This document shows, piece after piece, positions 23,230 through 34,761 of a stretch of 64,000 bases of DNA. The DNA lies in assembly GCA_950097015.1 (NCBI GenBank), contig CATNEN010000001.1:23188001-23252000 (forward strand), in the 5' to 3' direction. Positions within the stretch are counted from its first letter, which is position 1. The number at the start of each line of letters is the position of its first letter. The stretch comes from Macrostomum hystrix (lineage: Eukaryota; Animalia; Platyhelminthes). The notes beneath the pieces are model-generated. The model saw only the letters and a list, made by a program, of their open reading frames with translations. It did no database searches and was not told where the DNA came from. The position numbers and the translations under genes were made by a program.

Positions 23230-24610
23230 GGGTGCGGTGACAGAGAAGAGGGTGAGGTGACAGAGAAGAGGGTGAGGTGACAGAGGAGAGAGTGAGGTGA
23301 CAGAGAGGAGAGAGTGAGGGCACAGAGGAGAAAGTGAGGGCACAGAGAGGAGAGTGAGGGCACAGAGAGGAGAGTGAGGGCACAGAGAGGAGAGTGAGGG
23401 CACAGAGAGGAGAGTGAGGGCACAGAGAGGAGAGTGAGAGCACAGAGAGGAGAGTGAGGGCACAGAGAGGAGAGTGAGGGCACAGAGAGGAGAGTGAGGG
23501 CACAGAGAGGAGAGTGAGGGCACAGAGAGGAAAGTGAGGGCACAGAGAGGAGAGTGAGAGCACAGAGAGGAGAGTGAGGGCACAGAGAGGAGAGTGAGGG
23601 CACAGAGAGGAGAGTGAGAGCACAGAGAGGAGAGTGAGGGCACAGAGAGGAGAGTGAGGGCACAGAGAGGAAAGTGAGGGCACAGAGAGGAAAGTGAGGG
23701 CACAGAGAGGAGAGTGAGGGCACAGAGAGGAGAGTGAGGGCACAGAGAGGAGAGTGAGGGCACAGAGAGGAGAGTGAGGGCACAGAGTGGAGAGTGAGGG
23801 CACAGAGTGGAGAGTGAGGGCACAGAGTGGAGAGTGAGGGCACAGAGGAGAGAGTGAGGGCACAGAGGAGAAAGTGAGGGCACAGAGAGGAGAGTGAGGG
23901 CACAGAGAGGAGAGTGAGGGCACAGAGAGGAGAGTGAGGGCACAGAGAGGAGAGTGAGGGCACAGAGAGGAGAGTGAGAGCACAGAGAGGAGAGTGAGGG
24001 CACAGAGAGGAGAGTGAGGGCACAGAGAGGAGAGTGAGGGCACAGAGAGGAGAGTGAGGGCACAGAGAGGAAAGTGAGGGCACAGAGAGGAGAGTGAGAG
24101 CACAGAGAGGAGAGTGAGGGCACAGAGAGGAGAGTGAGGGCACAGAGAGGAGAGTGAGAGCACAGAGAGGAGAGTGAGGGCACAGAGAGGAGAGTGAGGG
24201 CACAGAGAGGAAAGTGAGGGCACAGAGAGGAAAGTGAGGGCACAGAGAGGAGAGTGAGGGCACAGAGAGGAGAGTGAGGGCACAGAGAGGAGAGTGAGGG
24301 CACAGAGAGGAGAGTGAGGGCACAGAGTGGAGAGTGAGGGCACAGAGTGGAGAGTGAGGGCACAGAGTGGAGAGTGAGGGCACAGAGAGGAGAAAGTGAG
24401 GGCACAGAGAGGAGAGAGTGAGGTGACAGAGGAGAGAGTGAGGTGACAGAGAGGAGAGAGTGAGGGCACAGAGTGGAGAGTGAGGGCACAGAGAGGAGAA
24501 AGTGAGGGCACAGAGAGGAGAAAGTGAGGGCACAGAGAGGAGAAAGTGAGGGCACAGAGAGGAGAGAGTGAGGGCACAGAGAGGAGAGAGTGAGCCACAG
24601 AGAGGAGAAA
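23230..24610. repeat. 20-bp purine-rich minisatellite GAGGGCACAGAGAGGAGAGT with a 540-bp higher-order repeat
   Basis: The variant pattern of ~23321-23860 recurs at ~23861-24370. Confidence 0.97.
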
Positions 24611-25224
24611 GTATACTACTGACATAGTCAGAGTCGATAAAATTACTAAAAAGTAAGAAAACGGTCATAACTTTTTTCCTCAAAAGATATTGAGCTCGGA
24701 CCGCCTAGATTGAATTTCCCGTCCAAAAATAGTTTAGAAAACATAGTACCTAATAGTATGGAAGCAGTAGCTAGCAATCGGCTAGGTACTTGAAATGTTT
24801 TCGCATGTATTTCGTCAGATTTTCTAGGTGACTTTCCAGGTTAATAAGTTCAAGTAGAAATCATTTGAAATCATGAAACCACAATCGTCAGATAGTACAA
24901 TTATCGCTCTTAGTACAATACAACGGCAGCAAATCTATCGACGGAATTAACAACATCTGACGCTAAATCTACTGACCTACCAGACAACGTCAGTCTCATC
25001 TCTCTAGATGAAGCGGTTTTCAAATGGGGTCCACTCAAAGTCGATACCGCCCTGCCTGTCAAGGCTTGTCATTTTGACGGGGGTACCACTGACAAAAGTG
25101 ATTTCGGGATGCCCCTTAACTATGATGAATTTCGATGGGATTTGATTCCCCGTATTCTGGGATAGACGTAGAAGCGATCCCTGTCGAAATCCGGGGTCAA
25201 TAAGTAAGCCTGCGGCGTCGCATC

Positions 25225-25673
25225 ACACAGACTATACTTAATTACTATTGTAGCCAGATTTACAAACTTGAACTGGAGCTTGTGGGCACCTATTGCCGTT
25301 TAGGAAAATTCAAGAAACCAACAATTGGTGCCACGCTTGGCCTCAACTACATGATTTTCGCACTACAAAGACTATACTTAATTACTATTGTAGCCAGATT
25401 TACAAACTTGAACTGGAGCTTGTGGGCACCTATTGCCGTTTAGGAAAATTCAAGAAACCAACAATTGGTGCCACGCTTGGCCTCAACTACATGATTTTCG
25501 CACTACAAAGACTATACTTAATTACTATTGTAGCCAGATTTACAAACTTGAACTGGAGCTTGTGGGCACCTATTGCCGTTTAGGAAAATTCAAGAAACCA
25601 ACAATTGGTGCCACGCTTGGCCTCAACTACATGATTTTCGCACTACAAAGACTATACTTAATTACTATTGTAG
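25225..25673. repeat. 140-bp satellite, variant B, left part
   Basis: 140-nt period; interrupted by the Gypsy LTR. Confidence 0.97.
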
Positions 25674-26001
25674 TGTGGCGGTCAAGGGCAAGTGCACTCG
25701 GTGGCAGCCACTTGCAAGCCGTTCTGCCCGCCGATTTCTCACACCACCCCACGTCTGCACGCGGCCAACCCCGGGGGTTAGGGGTGGGCGCCACCCCTCC
25801 CCAGCGTGGCGTGTTTGGGCGGTGTGACCTTGACTTTTTTACCGCTTGTTTACGCGATGGCCGTATAAGACTGTTTGCGTGCGCCTCCTTCTGTTTACCC
25901 TTTTCCGCGTTTCACTTTGCTCTCCGCAAATATACGTTTCGCACGCAGTAGCTAGCTACCACGCTACATTGGTGAGCCCGACACCCGCCATTCCGTTTTA
26001 A

Positions 26002-26706
26002 ATGGCGCTTCCTACTGAGTCATCCGTAGCACTCAAGCTGCCCACGTTTTGGGCTGCACAGCCACGCGCGTGGTTTATTCAGGCGGAGGCCCAGTTCCAG
26101 CTGCGGGGCATCAGCCAGGACGACACCAAGTACCACCACTTGGTCGCCTCGCTTGACCAGCGGACCGCTGAACGCCTGCTGGATGTCCTGGAGAGCCCTC
26201 CGGACACCAACAAATACGGCAGGTTGAAGGAGCGCCTGCTCGGCTCTTTCAGCCTCACCCGGCAGCAGCGAGCCAGCCGCCTGCTCAGCATGTCCAGCCT
26301 CGGAGATCGCCGTCCGTCCGAGCTGATGGACGAAATGCTGGCCCTGCTGGGCGACCATCGGCCTTGCCTGCTCTTTGAAGAGCTTTTCCGCCAGCAGCTA
26401 CCCGCGGACATCCGGATGGCGCTCGCTTCTGCAGATTTCGAGGATCCCCGGGCGGTCGCGCAGCTCGCCGACCAGCTCTGGGCCAGCCGACCGCAACCAA
26501 TGGCCGCCTCTGCGCACCTGGAGGACCTGCCCGAGGTTTGCGCCGCGCGACAGGCTGCTCGGCCTCGCGCCAAGTCGCCCCGGCCGGGACACCGCGGCAG
26601 CCGCACTCCGGAGGTGTGCTATTTCCACCGCAAGTTCGGCGCGAAGGCCAGGCAATGCGAGCAGCCCTGCAGCTTCTCGGGAAACGGGCTGGCCGGCCGT
26701 CAGTGA
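26002..26706 (+). CDS. gag: Gag with CHCC zinc motif
   Basis: LKLPTFW..PRAWF.QAEAQF; [18 protein letters not shown]. Confidence 0.95.
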   Translation: MALPTESSVALKLPTFWAAQPRAWFIQAEAQFQLRGISQDDTKYHHLVASLDQRTAERLLDVLESPPDTNKYGRLKERLLGSFSLTRQQRASRLLSMSSLGDRRPSELMDEMLALLGDHRPCLLFEELFRQQLPADIRMALASADFEDPRAVAQLADQLWASRPQPMAASAHLEDLPEVCAARQAARPRAKSPRPGHRGSRTPEVCYFHRKFGAKARQCEQPCSFSGNGLAGRQ

Positions 26707-29700
26707 ACATCGCGGCGGCCGGCAACCTGCTGCTCATCCCCGACGTCCAGTCCGGCCGGCGTTTCCTGGTGGACACGGGCGCCGAGGTCAGCATCTTCCC
26801 AGCCTCCGCGGACGATGCCCGCGCCCGCTCGCCGGGCCCGCCCCTGTTCGCCGCCAACGGAAGCCGAATTCGCACATTCGGCAGTCGCAGCCTCACCCTA
26901 GACATCGGCCTGAAGACCTGCACTTGGTCGTTCGTGCTGGCCGAGGTCTCCAGGCCGCTGATCGGCGCCGACTTCCTGCGCCACCACGGCCTGCTAGTGG
27001 ACCTGCCGAACCGCCGTCTCCTGGACGCCAGCTCCCTGGCCAGCGTGCACCTGCTGCCCGGTTCCGGTTCTGCACCGCAGCTCGCCGCCGCCGTGGCCAA
27101 GGACCCGTACAGCCGACTGCTGGCGGAGTTCCCCAGCATCACGGAGCCCAGTTTCATCAGGGCCACGCCGCGGCACGGCGTCGAACACTGCATCCCGACG
27201 ACGGGCCCTCCGGTACATGCCAGGGCGCGCCGCCTGCCACCCGACAAGCTGGCTGCAGCCAAGGAGGAGTTTCGCAACCTGGAGCAGCTCGGAATCGTGC
27301 GGCGGTCCAGCAGCCCGTGGTCGTCGCCGCTGCACATGGTGCCTAAGGCTTCCGGCGGTTTCCGGCCCTGCGGCGATTTCAGGCGTCTCAACGACGCCAC
27401 GGTGCCAGACCGCTACCCTGTGCCGCATATCCAAGACTTTTCGGCGCGGCTGACCGGCTGCACCGTGTTCTCTAAGATTGACCTGGTGCGCGGCTACCAC
27501 CAGATCCCAGTCGCCGAGGCCGACATCCCGAAGACCGCCGTAATAACGCCCTTCGGGCTGTTCGAGTTCCTCCGCATGCCATTTGGCCTGAAAAACGCGG
27601 CACAGGCCTTCCAGCGCTTAGTGGACTCGATTTGCCAGGACCTGCCAGCAGTTTTCGCCTACATCGACGATTTCCTGGTGGCCAGCAACAGCCTTGAGCA
27701 GCACGAGGAGCACCTGCGGCAGCTGTTCCAGCGCCTCGCTGACAACGGCCTGTTGCTGAACCCGGCCAAGTGCCAGTTCGGCCGCAGCCAGATCGACTTC
27801 CTGGGCCACAGGATCAGCGCCGCGGGTGCCGTGCCGCTGCCGGACAAAGTCGACGTCATCGCCCGATTCGCGCCGCCCACGACGGTGAAGGGCCTCCAGG
27901 AGTTCGCCGGCATGGTGAACTTCTATCACCGCTTTGTGCCCCGCGCTGCCCAGCTGCTGCGCCCGATCTACCAGGCCATGTCCGGCAAGGGGAAGCTGGT
28001 GCAGTGGACGCCAGAGCTGACCGAGGCTTTCGACAATACCAAGCGAGCGCTCGCTAACGCAGCCATGCTGGCGCACCCCAGGCCCGAGGCGCCGATGGCC
28101 CTCACAGTCGACGCTTCCGACACGGCCGTCGGCGCCGTCCTCGAACAGCACGTCGGCCTCGCCTGGCAGCCACTTGCCTTCTTCAGCCGCCAGCTGAGGC
28201 CAGCGGAGCAGAAGTACAGCGCTTTCGACCGCGAGCTTCTGGCGCTGTACCTAGCGGTCCGCCACTTTCGTTTCTTCCTGGAGGGGCGCCCATTCACCGC
28301 CTACACGGACCACAAACCGCTGGCCGCCGCCATGGCCAAGCTGTCCGACCCGTGGTCCGCCCGACAGCAACGCCACCTGGCGTACGTTAGCGAGTTCACC
28401 ACGGACGTCCAGCACATCGCCGGCAAGGACAACCCGGTGGCCGACGCGCTGTCCCGCTGCACCGTGGCCAGTGTGCTACCTGGCGTCGACTATGCCGCCA
28501 TGGCGCGGGTCCAGCAGGCCCCCACCGAGCCACACTCCGGGCTTCGGTTGGAGCGAGTGAGCCTCCGCGCAGGCCTGGAGTTGCTCTGCGACGTCTCCAC
28601 CGGTCGGCCCCGCCCGCTGGTGCCGCCTGATTTCCGACGGCCGGTGTTCGACGCCATCCACGGCCTCGCGCACCCCTCCATCCGCAGCTCCCGCCGCCTC
28701 GTCGCCGACCGTTTCGTCTGGCCCGGCCTCAACCGGGACGTCGGCCTTTGGGCTCGCAGCTGCGTCGCCTGCCAGACGGCTAAAGTCCAGCGGCACGTGG
28801 TCAGCGAGCCGGACAGCATCCCGGTGCCTCGCGATCGTTTCGCACACGTGCACATCGACCTGGTCGGCCCGCTGCCGCCGTCGCAAGGTTTCACGCACCT
28901 GCTGACCGTGGTCGACCGTTTCACGCGCTGGCCGGAAGCAATCCCGCTGGCCGACACCTCCGCGGCCACCTGCGCCGGCGCCTTCATCACGCACTGGGTC
29001 GCCCGTTTCGGCGTGCCTGGCGACCTCACCTCCGACCGCGGCCCGCAATTCACCTCGGAGCTGTGGGCGAACGTCTCCCGCCTGCTGGGCATGCAGCTGC
29101 ACCAGACGACGGCTTTTCATCCACAGGCCAACGGGCTGGTCGAGCGTTTTCATCGACATCTCAAGGCCTCCTTGATGGCGCGGCTGACAGGGCCGTCCTG
29201 GACTACCGAGTTGCCCTGGGTGCTGCTGGGCATCCGCACGGCGCCCAAGGAGGATTTCGGCGTTTCTTCGGCCGAAATGGTGTACGGCGTCCCACTGGCG
29301 GTGCCGGGCGAGTGCCTGCAGGCCGGCCCACCCACCGGCCCAGCCGAACCACGACGGTTTTCTGACCCACCTGCGCCAGGCCGTGCAGGCTTTCCGGCCG
29401 CCACCGACCTCCCAACACGGTCGCCGTGCCACCGCCTGGCCGACTGCCCTGGACGCCTGCACGCACGTTTTCGTCCGCCGCGACGGGCACCGGCCGGCAC
29501 TGCAGCCGCCTTACCTCGGCCCCTTCAAGGTGCTGAAGCGCGGCGCCAAGGCGTTCCTCCTCGACCTCGTCACCCGGCAGGACCACGTGTCGGTGGACCG
29601 GCTCAAGCCGGCAACGCTCGACCCAACCAGCCCGGCTCCGACGCCGCAACTTCGCCCGCGCGGCCGGCCGCCGCGGGACCCAACGACACGCCCGCCTAGC

Positions 29701-29826
29701 GTTCCCGGCACCAAAGCAGAGCCGGCCGCCACTCCACCGGTCACCCCTCCGCCGGTTCCTCTGCGTCGGCGCCAGCCGCAGCGCCGGTGCCGGCGGGTAC
29801 CGAAGGCCACCGCTGGGGGGGAGCCC
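26679..29826 (+). CDS. pol: Pol (PR-RT-RNaseH-IN) via -1 frameshift at G GGA AAC (26679-26685); one frameshift at ~29320-29350 before the GPY/F domain (end approximate, the frame runs into the LTR)
   Basis: FLVDTGA, YIDD, TVDAS, HHCC, integrase HIDLVGP/TSDRG/GLVERF; PYLGPF lies in the +1 frame. Confidence 0.95.
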
Positions 29827-30121
29827 TGTGGCGGTCAAGGGCAAGTGCACTCGGTGGCAGCCACTTGCAAGCCGTTCTGCCCGCCGATTTCTCACACCAC
29901 CCCACGTCTGCACGCGGCCAACCCCGGGGGTTAGGGGTGGGCGCCACCCCTCCCCAGCGTGGCGTGTTTGGGCGGTGTGACCTTGACTTTTTTACCGCTT
30001 GTTTACGCGATGGCCGTATAAGACTGTTTGCGTGCGCCTCCTTCTGTTTACCCTTTTCCGCGTTTCACTTTGCTCTCCGCAAATATACGTTTCGCACGCA
30101 GTAGCTAGCTACCACGCTACA

Positions 30122-30930
30122 GTAGCCAGATTTACAAACTTGAACTGGAGCTTGTGGGCACCTATTGCCGTTTAGGAAAATTCAAGAAACCAACAATTGG
30201 TGCCACGCTTGGCCTCAACTACATGATTTTCGCACTACAAAGACTATACTTAATTACTATTGTAGCCAGATTTACAAACTTGATCTGGAGCTTGTGGGCA
30301 CCTATTGCCGTTTAGGAAAATTCAAGAAACCAACAATTGGTGCCACGCTTGGCCTCAACTACATGATTTTCGCACTACAAAGACTATACTTAATTACTAT
30401 TGTAGCCAGATTTACAAACTTGAACTGGAGCTTGTGGGCACCTATTGCCGTTTAGGAAAATTCAAGAAACCAACAATTGGTGCCACGCTTGGCCTCAACT
30501 ACATGATTTTCGCACTACAAAGACTATACTTAATTACTATTGTAGCCAGATTTATAAACTTGAACTGGAGCTTGTGGGCACCTATTGCCGTTTAGGAAAA
30601 TTCAAGAAACCAACAATTGGTGCCACGCTTGGCCTCAACTACATGATTTTCGCACTACAAAGACTATACTTAATTACTATTGTAGCCAGATTTACAAACT
30701 TGAACTGGAGCTTGTGGGCACCTATTGCCGTTTAGGAAAATTCAAGAAACCAACAATTGGTGCCACGCTTGGCCTCAACTACATGATTTTCGCACTACAA
30801 AGACTATACTTAATTACTATTGTAGCCAGATTTACAAACTTGAACTGGAGCTTGTGGGCACCTATTGCCGTTTAGGAAAATTCAAGAAACCAACAATTGG
30901 TGCCACGCTTGGCCTTAACTGCATGCGTTT
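30122..30930. repeat. 140-bp satellite, variant B, right part (~5.8 units)
   Basis: Resumes in register after the LTR. Confidence 0.97.
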
Positions 30931-31759
30931 CGCAGCCAGTTTCCCAGTTTCCCTGCAGTTTCTCCAGTTTCCATGGAGAGACCTGGCGTATATTGTTGTT
31001 GTTGTTGTTGTTGTTTCGCAGCACACAGACTACTTAATTAGTACTATTGTAGCCAGAGTTTTAAACTTGAACTGGAGCTTGTGGGCACCTATTGCCGTTT
31101 GCATGCACTTGTCACCACTGTCTGCTGTTGTTTGAGTCTCATGCTGTGTTTGCGTGCGACTGGGTTGGGCCGTCTGTCTGGGATCTGTCTGGAAATTAGA
31201 CTGCATGAACGCATATATAAGGAGCCGCGATATCAGACTGGTTCTTTACTGTGTGTTTCAATTCTGGCCTTACTTCTGCCTTTGAGTTATTACAACTTAC
31301 TTAAGAAGCCGTTTACAAATTATCAGTAAGATATTTACATGTAGCTTGTGGATGCACAGCACGATTTTGTGAATGTCACACGATATGACATCCCTCAGAG
31401 AAACGGAAATTAAAGGGAAGCATTCTTCATGAACTTATACTCATCTATGAGCAAAATGAGGTGTGCAACGAAGCCAATAATGAGGTAAGTCAGAGTTTAA
31501 CAAACACTAGCCCATATCAAAATAATAAATATATATGTGTGTGTATCTGGCTTAACCTAAAGTCAGTACAACTACTGTACCGTACTTTATATGTTTGTCA
31601 GTAGATGAATCCGAGATAATCCGAGAATCCATCAATAAATTATTTTTATGAGGCCTATAAACCTATATCAAGAGCAATGTTTCAAAATACGGATATATGA
31701 CTTGGTATTTATTTTTTAAGTTCGTAATCAGCACCAACAGCTTGGAACTTGAAAGTTCA

Positions 31760-32260
31760 TTCAGTCCATTGTGCTAAGCTGTTTTCAAAAAGAAATGACG
31801 AAGCAAAACCAGCCTAGACAGTGTCTCGTCAGAAAGGATCGTGAACGAACTTTGGTCAGAAAAGTTCCACTGACCGAAAAGGCGCGCTCAGCTTCAACAC
31901 TTGTCGGAGGGATGAGCATCACAGCTTCACGCTGCTGTGCAATGCGAAGAATCTCTCGACCAATGCGACTCTCCAGTGACATGCAGTGTGTTTTAGGCTT
32001 AGAGCTCTTCTCTAGGAATGACTTCACTTGATCAGCCAGACCGCTTTCATCTGCCACATCATCATTGTCGTCACCATAATGGGCATTTGTGGCTGAACTC
32101 AAATCAATGGAAGCTGAACTGGTGTCTTTATCAGTAGCAACTTGGGCAGCATCTTCAGTTGCATATAGGTTTAACTTACTAGCCAGTGTGATCAGTGAAT
32201 ACTTCACAGCATTTAACTCACTTTGTGAGTCAGTGATTCCATACCGAGATAAAAATCAGG
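31760..32260 (-). pseudogene. hAT transposase C-terminal (dimerisation domain) fragment
   Basis: LIPPTSVEAERAFSVSGTFLTKVRSR; absent from copy 1 of the unit. Confidence 0.85.
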
Positions 32261-34599
32261 CGAATCGCGATTCGAGACTAGAAGCAATCTGAATTAAACA
32301 AAGCATCTCAAAATTTTCTCATTTACACGTTGCATGAGCAGTTGCTTAACTTTATACTCGCAATCAGGCATGAGTCGCTTTCTGTTATTTTTGTAATTAA
32401 AAAACACAAAAACAATAAAAAGCACAGCTAAGCAAGAGTGAGAAGATAAGCAAAAAAGGCGTTCGACAGGGTGACGGAAAAAAATCTCGTTTATAAGGTG
32501 AGCGGCATGTTGAATCAAAGGCTCATAGGCTCATAGATTCGTAGCAGAAGCCGTAGCAGGAATCGTTGCCAGAATCGCAGCACAGCAGTACAAGATTGAG
32601 CACAGAGAAGCAATAATGAGCACATAAGCAATAATGAGCACAGATAAGCAATAATGAGCACAGATTAAGCAGGAGCACATACAAAAGCGGGCGCAACAGG
32701 AGAAAGATTCAGTCTTTAAAATTTCATCAACTTTTGGCCGGACAAACCGTTACTGTTGATTGCGACTGATTACATTTGATTACTGTGCATGGGTCTGTGC
32801 AAAGTCTGCAAAATACCTTATTTCTGTAAATGTATTAATTTTGGACTGCTCCTGCACAGCCCTCTGTTATGTATATTTGTATTATTGCATCCCATGCTTG
32901 GCTTGGATCAGTGATGCATCCTACATGTGGAAGTCAGTCACGAATTTCCCCTCTCAATCGGCAAGTAATCGGCGAGACAGCTTGCCACCTGTCTCACTGA
33001 GGTCAGTCCAGGGTTTGCACTTTCTCAACACGCAAGTCAGGCGTCGGTGAGGCAGGTCTGCGGATCCAATATCGGCAGCACGGGTGTCACCTGGCCTTGC
33101 TTCCGTCTGCCGGTGGCGCCACCGCCGCTTCCGCCGCGACGCCGCCTCCGCCACCGAAGCCGCCAACCCAGGCAGCAGACGTCCAGGCCCATTCGCTTGA
33201 CCTCCGGTTTCGAGCGCAGCTCCGTGATCAGGTTGGTCTGCAGCAGCTCCTGTAGCAGGTCCTGGCGGGACAAGCCTGGAGCTGATGGATTGTCCAAGTT
33301 GACAACCAAGTTTGAGAGCCCGTTGATGCGTCTGATGAAGACTATACGTGTCGGTAGGCCTGTTTGAGTAGTGCAGGTGAGTACGGGCTTGATGTCTAAC
33401 AGGTACCATACCAAGCAGAACAGGTGAACACTGTGTCTAACAGAACAGGTGATCACAGGCTCTGTCTAACAGGTGACGCTCTCTGTCTAACAGTTGACGC
33501 TGTCGGCCTAACAAATGACGCTCTTTGTCTAACAGGTGACGCTCTTTGTCTACCAGGTGACGCTCTCTGTCTAACAATTGACGCTGTCGGCCTAACAAAT
33601 GACGCTCTTGGTCTAACAGGTATTTCTAACAGAAATGAATTCCAGAATGACAGATTTAGAATGACAAATGAATTCCAGAATGACTAGTGATGGACAGATT
33701 AAAACAGGACTTGATCTTCATTCATATTCACATTAGAAAATGTCAAGTAACTTACTGGAAATGCAGGCGCATCACTGATCTAGACCACAGGTCGAAGAGA
33801 GGTAGCCACGTGGCTAGTGCACTAGGCAGAATCGCACATCAAGAGTCAGCAGCTGCCATCAGACACAAGTTAATCCTGGAATGGTGCAGGCTTTAGCACA
33901 ACGTATTAATAATGTCAAATCAAAGTGAATGAAGTACTGCGATAAAATGACTCCGTGATGGCAAAGGAAAGAAGATTAAAGGCAACACAATTATCCAAAA
34001 ATAGGCTTCAGGCCATCCACCATCCACCATTCACGCGAAGCATAAAAGACTTGGCCTTTGCAGAAATATTTAATAGTATTCAGCGGTACTTGTAACTGGC
34101 TAAATAGACACTTGTACAAGCCTTCCGCACAAGTAGGAGATGCAAGTTGGGCGAATGTTTATGAGTTCGATTTTTCAGACACGGTTCACATATTCGAGAA
34201 ACAGTAATTGACTTTTGTCTAAATTTATTCTTGTCAAAAGGTGTGTTTGAGATCGACCCATTTTATTTTTAAATACAAGGCTGCTTTGCTGATCGGGCTA
34301 TTTGTATTTAGCAGAATTTAATTTGTAAGAAATTCATAAAGTACACTTTTCCTATTGTCTTAAATCATGTCATTCAATTACCATAGTGTTCGCTTTAATT
34401 ATCTGTTTTTTGAGCCAAGAAAAGTTGAAAAAATTCTTTCTGAAGAAGAGAAGCTTTAAAAACAAATATTAGTTTTAAAAAATTTCACGATAAGTCGTTT
34501 ATCTCTACGACTTAGAGACGAAAAACAATTATATAGGGTGCGTACGAAAACAATTATAACTATCTAATTATAATTATAACTTCCACCAATAATTGGAGA

Positions 34600-34761
34600 G
34601 GCAATCTTCGGCTGAATATGCGGACTTTGACTATAACTATAAATCAACTATATAATCAACTGTAAATAATCAACTAATAATCAACTAATAATCAACTATG
34701 AATATTCAACTATATATAATATTAAAATATTCTAAGTCCGCAGATTCAGCCGAAGATTGCC
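34600..34761. repeat. 31-bp inverted repeat around an AT-rich TCAACTA-repeat spacer (MITE-like or back-to-back element ends)
   Basis: 34600-34630 versus 34731-34761, 2 mismatches. Confidence 0.85.

Larger units (their letters stand above)
25674..30121 (+). mobile_element. Full-length Ty3/Gypsy LTR retrotransposon, CsRn1/Kabuki clade
   Basis: 295-bp LTRs at 25674-25968 and 29827-30121 (TG...CA, apparently identical); 4-bp TSD GTAG (25670-25673 / 30122-30125); tRNA-Trp-like PBS TGGTGAGCCCGAC at 25970; PPT at 29815-29826; CHCC gag motif. Confidence 0.97.

Noticed and set aside
23194-24683. Three 450-490 aa minus-strand ORFs
   Set aside because: Artefact of a 20-bp repeat that has no stop codons in any minus-strand frame.
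26020-29947. Many antisense and alternate-frame ORFs within the Gypsy element (likewise in the LOA and LINE ORF1 regions)
   Set aside because: Shadow ORFs of GC-rich coding sequence.
25293-31135. Repeated 96-aa ORFs MPFRKIQETNNW...
   Set aside because: Translations of the 140-bp satellite; the period is not a multiple of 3 and the starts are TTG.
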